DNA of 64,000 nt from an uncultured Chloroflexia bacterium (GCA_963720375.1 CAVRFM010000009.1:25202-89201); one strand, 5' to 3'. Counted from the stretch's first letter, positions 9,265-19,950 are shown. The notes: generated by a model from the sequence alone, not told the origin. Translations and numbers: made by a program.

Positions 9265-9900
9265 ATGGCTGTTCCAATTGATGCAATTCGAGCGCTTCAT
9301 AACGGATTCCGCAAAGACATGGCTGCGATAGATTCCGCTGCGTACGCAGCAGCTCGCGGACGCGATGGCTTAAGTGCAGTCTTGAAGCGCTTTGCCTTCT
9401 TTAACGAGATCCTATTCTGGCACGCCAGTGGAGAGGAGAAAGCCGTATTCCCGGAGCTAGAAAGCGTTGCTCCACTAGTGGCCGAAGCATACGAGCGGGA
9501 CCATCGGGGGCTTGACTCATTGTGCGACTTGATACGCCAGGCAGCTAACGCCTCCGATCCGTTGGCGACCGCACGTGCGACTGCCGCACTAAACTTCCAC
9601 TTGGGCATTCACCTGAACAAGGAAGATGCACATCTCTATCGAATATTTAACGAAAGTGTGTCGCTGCCCAAGCAGGGGGCCATCGTGGGTAAAATGTCCG
9701 AGGAAGTCCCCCAGGAACGCTTCCCCGAAGTCGTCGCGTGGCTTTATCCTCTCATCGTGAATGACGATCGTGAGAATATGACCAGGATTTGGCGGCAAGT
9801 TATGCCTGAGCCGGTGTTTGCTGGAGCAAGCAAGCTTATTCAGGCGGCTATAGGAGACGACTGGGCAGAACTGACTCGTCGGATCCCGGAACTCAAGTAG
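9265..9900 (+). CDS. hemerythrin HHE cation-binding domain protein
   Basis: Two His/Glu segments (FWHASGEEKAVFPELE; HLNKEDAHLY) typical of hemerythrin-like di-iron domains. 211 aa. Confidence 0.65.
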   Translation: MAVPIDAIRALHNGFRKDMAAIDSAAYAAARGRDGLSAVLKRFAFFNEILFWHASGEEKAVFPELESVAPLVAEAYERDHRGLDSLCDLIRQAANASDPLATARATAALNFHLGIHLNKEDAHLYRIFNESVSLPKQGAIVGKMSEEVPQERFPEVVAWLYPLIVNDDRENMTRIWRQVMPEPVFAGASKLIQAAIGDDWAELTRRIPELK

Positions 9901-9957
9901 CCGACCACAGGTTCGGAGGGCCATCAACGCGATACGCAATCTAAGAAGGAGGTCAAC

Positions 9958-10263
9958 ATGCTATTCCAAATTATTCATTCCCATACCAGCGAAACGTGTC
10001 CGGGGCGATCGTCTGAGGCAGCAAAGCGCTCTGGCGAATGGTGGCAGGCCCTGAAGAAAACGCCAGGCGTGAAAGTGCTGGTGGGAACCGTATCCCCATT
10101 GGACCATACTTTTTACATCACTGTGGAAGCCGATGACTATGCGACTTTGACGCGAGCACTAGGGCTACTTATGGGCATTGGGACAGGAGATGTTATCCCG
10201 GTTCTCACGCTGGACCAGACGCTTCCTATGGCTGAGGCTGGTGCGTTCCGAGTATCTAAATAG
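9958..10263 (+). CDS. hypothetical protein (101 aa)
   Basis: Strong RBS (aaggaggtcaacATG). No domain recognised. Confidence 0.5.
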   Translation: MLFQIIHSHTSETCPGRSSEAAKRSGEWWQALKKTPGVKVLVGTVSPLDHTFYITVEADDYATLTRALGLLMGIGTGDVIPVLTLDQTLPMAEAGAFRVSK

Positions 10264-10289
10264 GGCTGTTCTTGCTAGGACTGGGTCGC

Positions 10290-10392
10290 GGTATTATGGT
10301 TACCACTGGTTCAGTAGATGGGTAATCGTAAGTACAACAGAGACGATATCCCGCCATTGCCTCAGAAGTAGTAATGGCAATACTACTGAGGC
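10290..10392 (+). repeat. intergenic repeat element family B, copy 1 (conserved ~62-nt core plus a 34-nt perfect hairpin)
   Basis: Core ggtatNatggttaccacNNgttcagNNgatggNtaatcgtNagtaNaacagagacgata is shared with 38614..38674. Followed by the hairpin gcctcagaagtagta-ATGGCAA-tactactgaggc. Lies 130 nt upstream of the P-type ATPase gene. Confidence 0.7.
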
Positions 10393-10519
10393 ATCGACTG
10401 ACGGGATGATACGCCCCTTTGACCCCTCACCAAATCGACAGCATTAGGCGCTTCGTCAGGATAGGGAATGAGGGGGAGTATTTCTAGTCAGCGTGGGCTT
10501 AATCCGTATATAGTATGGA

Positions 10520-12928
10520 GTGATGGGAAGCCATAATAGCGAGACTATAACTGCCTTAGAAGAAGGCCTCAGTTCCGAAGAGGTTCAAAGAAGGACCAGT
10601 GAGTATGGGTATAACGAGGTTCCGGAGAAAACAGAGAACCGGATTGTTGCCTTTCTCAAGAAATTCTGGGGCATAACGCCTTGGATGCTAGAGATAACCA
10701 TGGTGCTGACATGGTTCTTGGGGAAGCACCTGGAGTTCTACTTAGTACTGGGTCTTTTGCTCTTCAACGCTGCGTTAGGCTTTGTTCAGGAAGAGAGGGC
10801 CAATGCAGCCCTTGAGCTTCTCAAACAGAAGTTAAGCATCAACGCCAGAGTAAGAAGGAGCAGGGAATGGCTGGTGATTCCGGCAAGGGAGCTGGTTCCT
10901 GGAGATGTCATCAGGTTGAGGGCGGGGGACTTTGTCCCTGCTGATGTCAAAGTAGCCAATGGAAGCACAGAGGTAGACCAGTCGTCTCTTACAGGGGAAT
11001 CGCTTCTGATTGAGAAAACAGCGAACGACGTTGTTCTTGCCGGGACTACGATCAGAAGAGGCGAAGCAACCGGGTTTGTCACCTTGACGGGTGCCAGGAC
11101 CTATCTCGGCCGGACTGTAGAACTGGTTCAATTGACGAAGCCAAAGTTGCACATGGAAGAGGTAACCTCCAAGGTTGTTCGATGGCTTCTCATTATGGTG
11201 TGTACTCTCCTGGCAATAGGATTTGTCCTTGCGGCGTTGAAGCACATGAGGGTCATTGAAGTCCTTCCGCTGGCAGCCATTCTCTTGGTCTCGGCTATAC
11301 CGGTCGCTTTGCCGACATTGTTCGCCATCACCATGGCGCTAGGCTCTGCAGAGCTCGCCAAGAAGAGAGTACTGGTTACCAGGTTGAGCGCCACTGAGGA
11401 TGCAGCCACGATGGATGCGCTTTGTGTAGACAAGACCGGCACGCTAACCCTGAACAGGCTTTCGATAGTGGATGTGATATCTGTCGAGGGGTACAAGAAG
11501 GAGGACGTTGTACTCTACGGTGCGTTGGCCTCACAGGAGGCCAACCAGGATCCTATAGATATGGCTTTTCTAACAGCCGCGAAGGAAACTCATGTTTCCC
11601 TAGAGGGATATTCGCAGAAAAGCTTTGTCCCCTTTGATGCTTCCACCAGAAAGACGGAAGCCTTGATAAGACAAGAAGGCCAGGAGTTCTCTGTATTCAA
11701 AGGTGCGGTCAATGTCATATTGCCCTTGTGCAAACAAGGTGAAGCAGATCTGGCGAGCATTAGTACAGGCTTGGGAGACCTCTCTGCCAGAGGTCACAGG
11801 ATGATAGCTATTGCCAGAGGTAGCACAGGCGGTGGACTCAGGTTGGTAGGTGTGGCTGCTCTTTACGATAAACCGAGGCCTGACTCTGCCAAGCTCATTC
11901 GAGAACTGAAGAGCCTTGGGATATCTGTGAAGATGCTGACCGGCGATGCACTGCCTATAGCCAAAGAGGTGGCAGAGCAAGTTGGCTTGGGCAAGAACAT
12001 TGACACCATAGCAGCCCTGAAGAACGCTGTGAAAGAAGATGATGGTCTTCGTATTGCCGAAGAAAGCGATGGTTTTGCCGAGATTTATCCGGAGGATAAA
12101 CACCTTGTGGTTAAGGGTCTTCAGGCGAGAGGGCATGTGGTTGGCATGACCGGTGATGGGGTAAATGATGCTCCGGCCTTGAAACAAGCCGAGGTTGGAA
12201 TAGCCACCAGCAATGCGGCCGATGTGGCGAAAAAGGCCGCCAGTGTAGTGCTGACCGTCGAAGGATTGGAGGGCATAGTAGAGCTGGTCAAGATCGGCAG
12301 GGAAATATACCAGAGGATAATTACCTGGATCTTAAATAAGATTGTGAAGACTTTTCTCATAGTAGTCTTCATAGTTCTCGGGTTTATCCTCACTGGAGAA
12401 TACGTAGTTTCAATATTCAGCATGGTTCTTCTCCTGTTCCTGACGGACTTCGTTACCTTGTCGATCTCAACAGACAACGTTCGTTATTCCTCTAAGCCCG
12501 ATAGCTGGAATATTACAGGACTGGTCAAAGTAGCGGTGTTTCTGGGTCTTCTGATAGTAGCGGAGGCAATGCTGCTGCTTTACGTAGCGTTCTACCATTT
12601 GGGATTAAATGACCACATAGATCAGCTATATACCTTTGTCTTTGATTTTCTGGTCTTCTCGGCGTTGTTTAGTATGCTGATCGTAAGAGAACGGGGGCGA
12701 TTCTGGAGTTCTGCACCGAGCAGACTGCTGGCTTTGTCTATAGCGGGCGACATAGCAGCCGTATTCCTCATTTCGACCTTCGGTGTACATGAACTTGCAC
12801 CGATAAACCCAATGATGACCTTGGCCGTCCTGGCCTATTCGATTGTCACCTGCCTTCTGGCGAATGACTTCGTCAAGGTGATACTGGTGGAGAGATTCTG
12901 GGCAAAACCGCAACCGGCCACTGCGTGA
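10520..12928 (+). CDS. cation-transporting P-type ATPase (P3-type, H+/Mg2+-pump-like)
   Basis: CVDKTGTLTLN phosphorylation motif, TGDGVNDAPAL hinge, about 10 predicted TM helices, 802 aa. Confidence 0.9.
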   Translation: MMGSHNSETITALEEGLSSEEVQRRTSEYGYNEVPEKTENRIVAFLKKFWGITPWMLEITMVLTWFLGKHLEFYLVLGLLLFNAALGFVQEERANAALELLKQKLSINARVRRSREWLVIPARELVPGDVIRLRAGDFVPADVKVANGSTEVDQSSLTGESLLIEKTANDVVLAGTTIRRGEATGFVTLTGARTYLGRTVELVQLTKPKLHMEEVTSKVVRWLLIMVCTLLAIGFVLAALKHMRVIEVLPLAAILLVSAIPVALPTLFAITMALGSAELAKKRVLVTRLSATEDAATMDALCVDKTGTLTLNRLSIVDVISVEGYKKEDVVLYGALASQEANQDPIDMAFLTAAKETHVSLEGYSQKSFVPFDASTRKTEALIRQEGQEFSVFKGAVNVILPLCKQGEADLASISTGLGDLSARGHRMIAIARGSTGGGLRLVGVAALYDKPRPDSAKLIRELKSLGISVKMLTGDALPIAKEVAEQVGLGKNIDTIAALKNAVKEDDGLRIAEESDGFAEIYPEDKHLVVKGLQARGHVVGMTGDGVNDAPALKQAEVGIATSNAADVAKKAASVVLTVEGLEGIVELVKIGREIYQRIITWILNKIVKTFLIVVFIVLGFILTGEYVVSIFSMVLLLFLTDFVTLSISTDNVRYSSKPDSWNITGLVKVAVFLGLLIVAEAMLLLYVAFYHLGLNDHIDQLYTFVFDFLVFSALFSMLIVRERGRFWSSAPSRLLALSIAGDIAAVFLISTFGVHELAPINPMMTLAVLAYSIVTCLLANDFVKVILVERFWAKPQPATA

Positions 12929-12963
12929 AGGGCTGCTTGGGGCACTGGATCCCGGGTTATCAG

Positions 12964-13060
12964 ACCGCGTATTTTACCCGTCCCCAAATCAGGTAGATTT
13001 GCTAATAGATACCCACGTCTTCTCCTGTAATACTAGTCCTGTCGAGGAAGCATGATATGA
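12964..13060 (+). repeat. intergenic repeat element family A, copy 2
   Basis: Near-identical to 7051..7146. Lies ~250 nt upstream of the sensor-kinase gene. Confidence 0.8.
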
Positions 13061-13305
13061 ATTACCTCCGCAATAAACGGAGTCCTGCATGGGCTGCAGC
13101 CTTCTCAAAGCTGAACTGACCAGATTGCTGAAGCCTTGACAGATGGAAGAGGTGCATTTCATAATCGTACGGACATCATGGCCCTGGTTGGTCGAAAGAA
13201 CACACAGCCGGGGCCATTGATCTGCTGCTGATTGCAGGAAGTGACGAGCTATGTGGATGATGGATTTCTTAACGACCTGACGAAGACCGTCGGGTTAGCT
13301 AGTTT

Positions 13306-16300
13306 GTGGTTGGTCTCATGAGTGTGCAATTAGTGAAGTCAGGCCTTGACATCATAGGTGATGTTCCGTGGGGGACACACTTCTGCCAGTTTTACCAGAC
13401 GAAAGACGATTTGCTTGAGATTCTCCCCCCCTACTTCAAAGCTGGTCTGGAAAACAATGAGTTTGGCATGTGGGTTACTGCTGATCCCCTCACCCCGGCT
13501 GATGCCAGGGAAGCCATGGCCAAGGCGATGCCCGATTTCGCCTCGTATCTTGAGAAGGGGCGAATAGAGATTCTTCCGCACACCGAGTGGTATCTGAAGG
13601 GTGGTTCTTTCAACCTGAACAGGGTACTGGATGGCTGGGTTAGTAAGCTGGATCAGGCAACGGCTCAGGGCTGTTCCGGTATGAGGGTTACCGGCAATAC
13701 AGCATGGCTTGAGAGAAGCGATTGGGATGGTTTTGCTGAATACGAGGCTGCCATTAACGGCGTCATTGGCAAGTATAACATGATGGCCCTCTGCACCTAC
13801 TGGTTGGACAAGTGCAGTGCCACCGACGTGATGGATGTCATCCGCAATCATGAATTCGCTCTCATCCGCAAGGGAAGCCGGTGGGAGGTGATTGAAAATG
13901 CGGCATATAAGCAGGCACAGCAGGCGCTGCTGGAGAGTGAACGGAAATACCGCGACTTGATGGAAAGTCTGCAAGAGGGTGTCTGGGTGGTCGACAAGGA
14001 AATGCGCACTGCCTTCGTCAACCCTCATATGGCAGCAATGCTGGGATATGCTGTGGCTGAGATGATGGGAAAGCCTCTCTTTTCATTCATCGATGAATCT
14101 AATCTGAGCCTCGCCAGGGAGCGCATGGAACGGCGCTGGCAGGGAGTCAAAGAACAGGTAGAGTTCGAATTCCGCCGCAAGGATGGCAGCCCTCTCCATG
14201 TCATAATCAATGCAACCCCACTTACTGATCACCTGGGCAACTTCTCAGGTGTCATTGCCGGCATTGTCGATATCACCGAGCGCAAGCGGTTCGAGGAATC
14301 ATTGCGCGAGAGCGAAGAGAGGTACCGCAGGATTGTCGAGACAGCCCAGGAGGGCATCATCATCGGCTCACCGGAGAACAGATTCGTCTTTGTCAATCAG
14401 AGAATGGCAGATATGCTCGGGTATGCCAGGGAGGAAATGGTTGGCAAGACAGGCCTTGACTTCATGGACGCAGATCAGAAGTACCAAGTCACGAGTTTTA
14501 GAAAACGGCTCAAAGAAGGGCAAGTAGTCCATGATGAGTACAAGTGGCGCCGGAAAGACGGTTCCACGATGTGGACGCTTTGCAGCGCTTCGGGGATCTA
14601 CGACGAGGTTGGGCGCCACCTGGGCAATGTGGCGATGCATAACGACATCACTGAGCGCAAGCTGCTGGAACAGAAGCTGGCCTATCTCGCCAGCTTCCCG
14701 GAAATTAACCCACTGCCGGTTGTGGAAATAGACAGGCTTGGCACCGTGGAGTATATCAACCCAGCAGCCAGGCAGCTTTTCCCGGACTTGGCTGAGAAGA
14801 GTAACCGACACCCGTACCTTGAGGGCTTGGCGCAGTTAATGCGGTCTCGGCGGTTGCTGGGGAGTGGCCACATGACACGTGAAGTAAAGGTCGGCGAGCG
14901 ATACTACGAGCAGGTTCTGTACGCCGTCGAAGATGTTCAACATATTCGAATATATGGCCGCGACGTAACCGAGCACAGGCAGATGGAAGAAGACCTGCGG
15001 CGGAGTGAAGAGCGGCTGAAGAAGGCACAGGAGATCGCTCACCTCGGCAGTTGGGATCTCGATCTGCGGAATAATCGCCTCTTTTGGTCAGATGAGGTGT
15101 ATCGGATCTTCGGCCTGCAGCCGCAGGAGTTCAGCGCTACCTATGAGGCATTTCTCGATGCAGTGCATCCGGACGACCGCGCAGCAGTTGACAATGCATA
15201 TTCCAACTCGCTGCGTCAGGGGAGGGATGAATATGAGATCGAACACCGGGTGGTAAGAAAATCAAATGGTGAGATCCGCTTCGTCCATGAGAAATGTAAG
15301 CACATCCGGGACGGATCCGGCCAGGTTATCCGTTCGGTGGGGATGGTACATGACATTACCGAGCGCAAGCAGGCGGAAGAGGCACTGTTGAAGAGCCGAG
15401 AGGAACTCCGGCTGCTTGCAGACTTTACCTATGACTGGGAGAGTTGGATAGACCAGAACAGGAACTATCTTTATGTTTCACCATCCTGCGAGCGAATAAC
15501 GGGATATCGTGCCGAAGAATTCCTGAGAGATCCGGACCTCATGGCACGACTTGTGCTCCCAGAGGACTGGGCCATCTTTGATAATCACAGACAAAGCAGT
15601 CTCGTCGAGTCTGCAGGTCCTGCTGAGATAGATTTCCGCATCCAGTCAAGAACTGGTGAGATTCGATGGATCAGCCACTATTGCCAGTCAGTATTCGGAA
15701 GCGATGGGATATGGCTCGGACGCAGGGCAAGCAACCGTGACATCACCGAGCGCAAGCAGGCGGAAGAGGCATTGCGTCAGGCACGGGACTACCTGGATAA
15801 CCTGCTCAACTATGCTAATGCGCCTATTATTGTGTGGGACCCTGCCTTCCGGATCACGCGGTTCAATCATGCTTTTGAACGTCTGACCGGGCGCAAGGCC
15901 GGTGAGGTATTGGGTAAACAGCTGGACATTCTCTTTCCAAAGCAAAGCCGGGAGAGATCGCTCACCCACATCTATCGTGCCGTGGCGGGAGAACGGTGGG
16001 AGGTCCAGGAGATACCGATTCTCCACGTGGATGGGACAGTCCGCACCGTTCTGTGGAACTCCGCCAACCTCTATGCGTCCGATGGCCGGACAGTTGTGGC
16101 TACCATTGCCCAGGGGCAGGATATCACCGAGCGCAAGGAGGCAGAAGAGGAGATCAAAATCCTGAACGAGATCTTGAAAGCCAGGGCCCAGGCGCTGGAG
16201 GCTGCAAATACGGAATTGGAAGCATTCAGCTATTCTGTCTCGCATGACCTGCGCGGGCCTTTGCGCAGCATGGATGGCTTTAGCCTGGCATTGCTGGAGG

Positions 16301-16899
16301 ACTATGGTGATAAACTGGATGCTCAAGCCAAAGACCTTCTGCAGCGTATCAGAGCGGCCAGCCAATTCATGGCAGAGCTCATTGATGGTATTCTTACACT
16401 GTCACGCGTGACACGTACCGAAATACGCTGGCAGAGGGTGAATCTCAGTGAATTGGCGGAGTCAATTGCTTCGGAGCTTCAGGGTACTCAACCGGAGCGG
16501 CAGGTGGAGTTTATCATCAAACCGGGTGTGTCTGCTTACGGAGACGCGACACTTCTCAGGCTGGTTGTCAGAAACCTGTTGGATAATGCCTGGAAGTTTA
16601 CCGGGAAAGTCTCCTGCCCCAGAATAGAATTCGGAGTGGCCAGGCGCGGTAGCCAGACCGTCTATTTTGTCCGTGACAATGGTGCCGGTTTTGATATGGC
16701 ATATGCCGACAAGCTGTTCACACCATTCCAACGTCTTCACTCGGAAGATGACTTTGCCGGGACAGGCATCGGCCTGGCTACATTGCGACGCATCATCAAT
16801 CGTCATGGTGGGCGCATATGGGGCGAGAGCGAGGTGGGGAAAGGTGCCACATTCTACTTCACGCTTAAACGACCGTCAAGAAAAGAGATAGTGAGGTGA
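13306..16899 (+). CDS. sensor histidine kinase with N-terminal MEDS domain, multiple PAS domains, HisKA and HATPase_c
   Basis: MEDS signature (HFCQFYQTKDDLLEILPPYFKAGLENNE). At least five PAS repeats ending in DITERK. H-box SHDLRGPLRSMDGF. G-boxes near the C-terminus. 1197 aa. Confidence 0.9.
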   Translation: MVGLMSVQLVKSGLDIIGDVPWGTHFCQFYQTKDDLLEILPPYFKAGLENNEFGMWVTADPLTPADAREAMAKAMPDFASYLEKGRIEILPHTEWYLKGGSFNLNRVLDGWVSKLDQATAQGCSGMRVTGNTAWLERSDWDGFAEYEAAINGVIGKYNMMALCTYWLDKCSATDVMDVIRNHEFALIRKGSRWEVIENAAYKQAQQALLESERKYRDLMESLQEGVWVVDKEMRTAFVNPHMAAMLGYAVAEMMGKPLFSFIDESNLSLARERMERRWQGVKEQVEFEFRRKDGSPLHVIINATPLTDHLGNFSGVIAGIVDITERKRFEESLRESEERYRRIVETAQEGIIIGSPENRFVFVNQRMADMLGYAREEMVGKTGLDFMDADQKYQVTSFRKRLKEGQVVHDEYKWRRKDGSTMWTLCSASGIYDEVGRHLGNVAMHNDITERKLLEQKLAYLASFPEINPLPVVEIDRLGTVEYINPAARQLFPDLAEKSNRHPYLEGLAQLMRSRRLLGSGHMTREVKVGERYYEQVLYAVEDVQHIRIYGRDVTEHRQMEEDLRRSEERLKKAQEIAHLGSWDLDLRNNRLFWSDEVYRIFGLQPQEFSATYEAFLDAVHPDDRAAVDNAYSNSLRQGRDEYEIEHRVVRKSNGEIRFVHEKCKHIRDGSGQVIRSVGMVHDITERKQAEEALLKSREELRLLADFTYDWESWIDQNRNYLYVSPSCERITGYRAEEFLRDPDLMARLVLPEDWAIFDNHRQSSLVESAGPAEIDFRIQSRTGEIRWISHYCQSVFGSDGIWLGRRASNRDITERKQAEEALRQARDYLDNLLNYANAPIIVWDPAFRITRFNHAFERLTGRKAGEVLGKQLDILFPKQSRERSLTHIYRAVAGERWEVQEIPILHVDGTVRTVLWNSANLYASDGRTVVATIAQGQDITERKEAEEEIKILNEILKARAQALEAANTELEAFSYSVSHDLRGPLRSMDGFSLALLEDYGDKLDAQAKDLLQRIRAASQFMAELIDGILTLSRVTRTEIRWQRVNLSELAESIASELQGTQPERQVEFIIKPGVSAYGDATLLRLVVRNLLDNAWKFTGKVSCPRIEFGVARRGSQTVYFVRDNGAGFDMAYADKLFTPFQRLHSEDDFAGTGIGLATLRRIINRHGGRIWGESEVGKGATFYFTLKRPSRKEIVR

Positions 16900-17354
16900 T
16901 AATGGATAACAAAGTCATTTTGTTGGTGGAAGATAAATCTGACGATGTGGCTTTAGCTGAGCGTGCCCTCAGGAAAGCTAATATCGTGAGTACACTGGTG
17001 GTAGTTCGAGATGGAGCCGACGCTCTAGACTATGTCTTTGCTGCCGGTGCATATGCCAGCCGTGATCCGAGCCTCACGCCTCAGGTCATCCTGCTTGATT
17101 TGAACCTCCCTAAAATCAGTGGTCTGGAAGTGCTCAAACGCCTGCGCGCTGATGAAAGGACCCGGCTTCTCCCGGTGGTGGTGCTGACTTCATCGAAAGA
17201 GGAGAGGGACCTGGTGGAGAGCTACAAGTTTGGTGCCAACAGCTACGTTCGCAAGCCGGTGAATTTCGAGCAATTTGCCGAGGCAGTGCGGCAATTGGGA
17301 CAATACTGGCTTGTTTTGAATGAACCACCTCCGGTGAGAGGAGCAATGGCCTAA
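16896..17354 (+). CDS. single-domain response regulator (REC only)
   Basis: ILLVEDKSDD...ILLDLNLPKISGLEV...K. Start overlaps the kinase stop (ATGA). 152 aa. Confidence 0.85.
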   Translation: MIMDNKVILLVEDKSDDVALAERALRKANIVSTLVVVRDGADALDYVFAAGAYASRDPSLTPQVILLDLNLPKISGLEVLKRLRADERTRLLPVVVLTSSKEERDLVESYKFGANSYVRKPVNFEQFAEAVRQLGQYWLVLNEPPPVRGAMA

Positions 17355-17818
17355 TGGGCAAGCCACTCAGAGTCCTTCTGGTGGAGGATTCGGAAAACGA
17401 TGCTTTGTTGCTGCTGCAGCAGCTGCGGCGTGGTGGCTACAAACCGGTACATAAACGAGTCTATACGGCAGCGGCCATGAGTGCTGCTCTCGACGAGCAG
17501 AGCTGGGATGTCGTTATCTCTGACTTTGTCATGCCGCAGTTCGACGGACTTGCTGCTTTGAGCCTCCTGAAACAAAAAGGACTCGATATGCCCTTCATCA
17601 TCGTCTCCGGCAAGATCGGCGAGGAGACAGCTGTGGCAGCCATGAAGGCCGGTGCCCATGATTATATTATGAAGAGCAACCTGAAACGTCTTATTCCAGC
17701 AATTGAGAGGGAACTGGTTGAGGCGGATAACCGGCGAGAGCGGAGGATCACTGAGGAGAGGCTCAGGTGGCTGAATCAGGCTTCCGCCGCGTCATCACAA
17801 ACAGCGCTGATGGCATAA
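17354..17818 (+). CDS. single-domain response regulator (REC only)
   Basis: RVLLVEDSENDA...VISDFVMPQFDGLA...IIVSGK. 154 aa. Confidence 0.85.
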   Translation: MGKPLRVLLVEDSENDALLLLQQLRRGGYKPVHKRVYTAAAMSAALDEQSWDVVISDFVMPQFDGLAALSLLKQKGLDMPFIIVSGKIGEETAVAAMKAGAHDYIMKSNLKRLIPAIERELVEADNRRERRITEERLRWLNQASAASSQTALMA

Positions 17819-19138
17819 TTATCATTGATAAAGATGGCACCATCCGCTTCGTGAACCCGGCTGCTGAAGCCTTTCTTGGGTCGGACTGCGGAACAGATGG
17901 TGGGTACCTTATTCGGATTTCCGCTCGTTGAGGGAATAGAGATTGAGGTTGTCAAAGACAAGGACAATGGCAAGAAAGCCACAGCGGAGATGCGTATTGT
18001 GGATACCGACTGGGAAGGAACTCCAGTCCACCTCGCCACGCTCCGGGACATCACGAGGAGGAAACAAGGCGTGCTGGCATTGCAGCAGAGCGAAGCTAGG
18101 CTGCGGCTGCTGCTCGAACAGGTACCGTGCATATTATGGACCATGGATACCAACCTCAGGTTCACCTCGTCGCGAGGTGCAGGATTGGCGGCCGTGAAGC
18201 TTCTTCCTGATGAGATCGTCGGAATGACCCTCGCAGAATTATTGAAGGTGGATGATCTGGACTTTGCTCCCTACGTGGCACACCGCCAAGCCCTGCAGGG
18301 CACACCTATTACCTACGAGATGAGCTGGGCTGGACGTACACTCTACAGCCGTATTGAGCCATTTCATGATGTTGAGGGTCGTATTGTCGGTGTCGCAGGC
18401 GTAGCACTGGATATCACAGAGCGGAAGGAGGCAGAAGATAAACTGCGATCCCTTTCCCGCCAACTTGTAGACATCCAGGAGGATGAAAGACGCTCCATCG
18501 CCTGCGAACTGCACGACGAAATAGGCCAATCCCTCACCGGACTGAAATTCCTCATAGAGGAAATCGCGGATACAAAGAAGGGAGACACTGGCCGTTGTGC
18601 GGCTGAGGCCCAACAACTTCTCAAAGAACTGTTGAAAAAGGTGCGTGAGCTTTCGCTTGATCTCCGCCCGGCTATGCTGGACGATCTGGGCCTGTTACCG
18701 ACTTTGCAGTGGTATTTCGAACGCTACACGAACCAGACGGGCGTGCGCATCAACTTCAGGCATGTTGGGCTGCGCAGGGTCTTCCCACCAAACATCGGCA
18801 TTGCCGCTTACCGTATTGTGCAAGAAGCACTAACCAACGTAGCCCGTCACTCACATGCAGGCGAAGCCATGGTATGCGTCCATGCGGATCAGGGCTCGCT
18901 TCTCATAGAAATTGAAGACCGTGGCGTTGGCTTTGACCCCGGCGGGCTATCAGGAGATGCAGCAATTGGCCTCAGCGGAATGAATGAACGTGTACTGGCC
19001 TTGAATGGCACTCTGACAATAGAGTCCACTCCAGGAGCCGGCACCTATGTAGCAGCCCAGCTACCTCTGCCAGGGGGATCGACAAGGAAAACCAAACAAA
19101 GGAGAGATCATGGCAATAAGCATCGTGTTGGCAGATGA
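17767..19138 (+). CDS. PAS-domain sensor histidine kinase (HisKA_3 + HATPase_c); N-terminal PAS region interrupted by two compensating 1-nt frameshifts
   Basis: HisKA_3 H-box ELHDEIGQSLTGL and HATPase_c G-boxes (GVGFDP; GLSGMNERV). The N-terminal half of the PAS domain (RRVITNSADGIIIIDKDGTIRFVNPAAEAFLG) is in the -1 frame from ~17767 to 17925. The C-terminal half (RTAEQMVGTLFGFPLVEG...DITRRKQ) resumes in frame at 17876. The junction cttgggtcgg has an extra base. Confidence 0.8.
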
Positions 19139-19763
19139 TCACTTTGTGGTACGGCAAGGACTGCGAAGATTGCTGGAGGCAGCCCCAGGCTTTCAGATTG
19201 TCGGCGAGGCCGAAAATGGCATCCAGGCCCTGGAACTGGTCGAGCAGCTGCATCCGGACGTCCTGGTCGCTGATCTTAAGATGCCTGGCATGAGCGGCAT
19301 CGAGATAGCCCGTCAAGTCAGGAGACACTCATCGAGAACCCGTGTCGTGATACTGTCCATGTATGGCGAGACAAGCTATGTGGTCGAGGCATTGCGAGCA
19401 GGCGTGAAGGCTTACATTCTCAAGGACTCTTCGGGGGATGAGGTGTTGCAGGGCATCCGCGCAGCGGCTGCGAACCAACGTTATCTGGCCACACCCCTTT
19501 CTGAACGTGCCATCGAGGCATATTCCCAAACCACTGAATATACCGCACTGGAACCTCACGAAACATTGACGCCGAGAGAGCGGGAAGTGTTGTACTTGCT
19601 CAGCGAGGGCTGCAAGAATGCTGAGATTGCCAAACGGCTGTGCGTCAGCCGTCGCACAGTTGAGGGTCATCGCCTCAATCTGATGCGTAAACTCGGGTTG
19701 CACTCTCAGGCTGAAATAGTCCGCTACGCCCTTCAGCACGAAATCTTGCCCCAGTACAAATAG
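19110..19763 (+). CDS. NarL/FixJ-family response regulator (REC + LuxR-type HTH)
   Basis: IVLADDHFVVRQGLRRLLE receiver; LTPREREVLYLLSEGCKNAEIAKRLCVSRRTVEGHR HTH. 217 aa. Confidence 0.9.
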   Translation: MAISIVLADDHFVVRQGLRRLLEAAPGFQIVGEAENGIQALELVEQLHPDVLVADLKMPGMSGIEIARQVRRHSSRTRVVILSMYGETSYVVEALRAGVKAYILKDSSGDEVLQGIRAAAANQRYLATPLSERAIEAYSQTTEYTALEPHETLTPREREVLYLLSEGCKNAEIAKRLCVSRRTVEGHRLNLMRKLGLHSQAEIVRYALQHEILPQYK

Positions 19764-19860
19764 CTGGCCTGCACCGCGGCACAGCAAATCATCATCCGGG
19801 AATCCTCTCCCATCGGTTTCCGAAATGCACTCAATTGCCATTGGAGTCGTGGTTACTTGC

Positions 19861-19950
19861 GACAAACCAGGTATTTGGCACGTATCCCAATCAGGTATTT
19901 TTGCGAATTGTGGCTCCGGTCAACGCCTGCAATACTGTCTCTAGTTGTAA
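19861..19950 (+). repeat. divergent partial copy of repeat family A (copy 3)
   Basis: cgtatcccaatcaggtatttttgcgaat and aatactgtctctagtt resemble the family A core. Lies ~120 nt upstream of the glycosyltransferase gene. Confidence 0.35.

Noticed and set aside
13339-16365. Numerous 60-230-aa antisense or out-of-frame ORFs inside the large sensor-kinase gene (for example 13339..14028 -, 15688..16365 -)
   Set aside because: Fully nested within a well-supported 1197-aa multidomain ORF. A high-GC coding-strand artefact.
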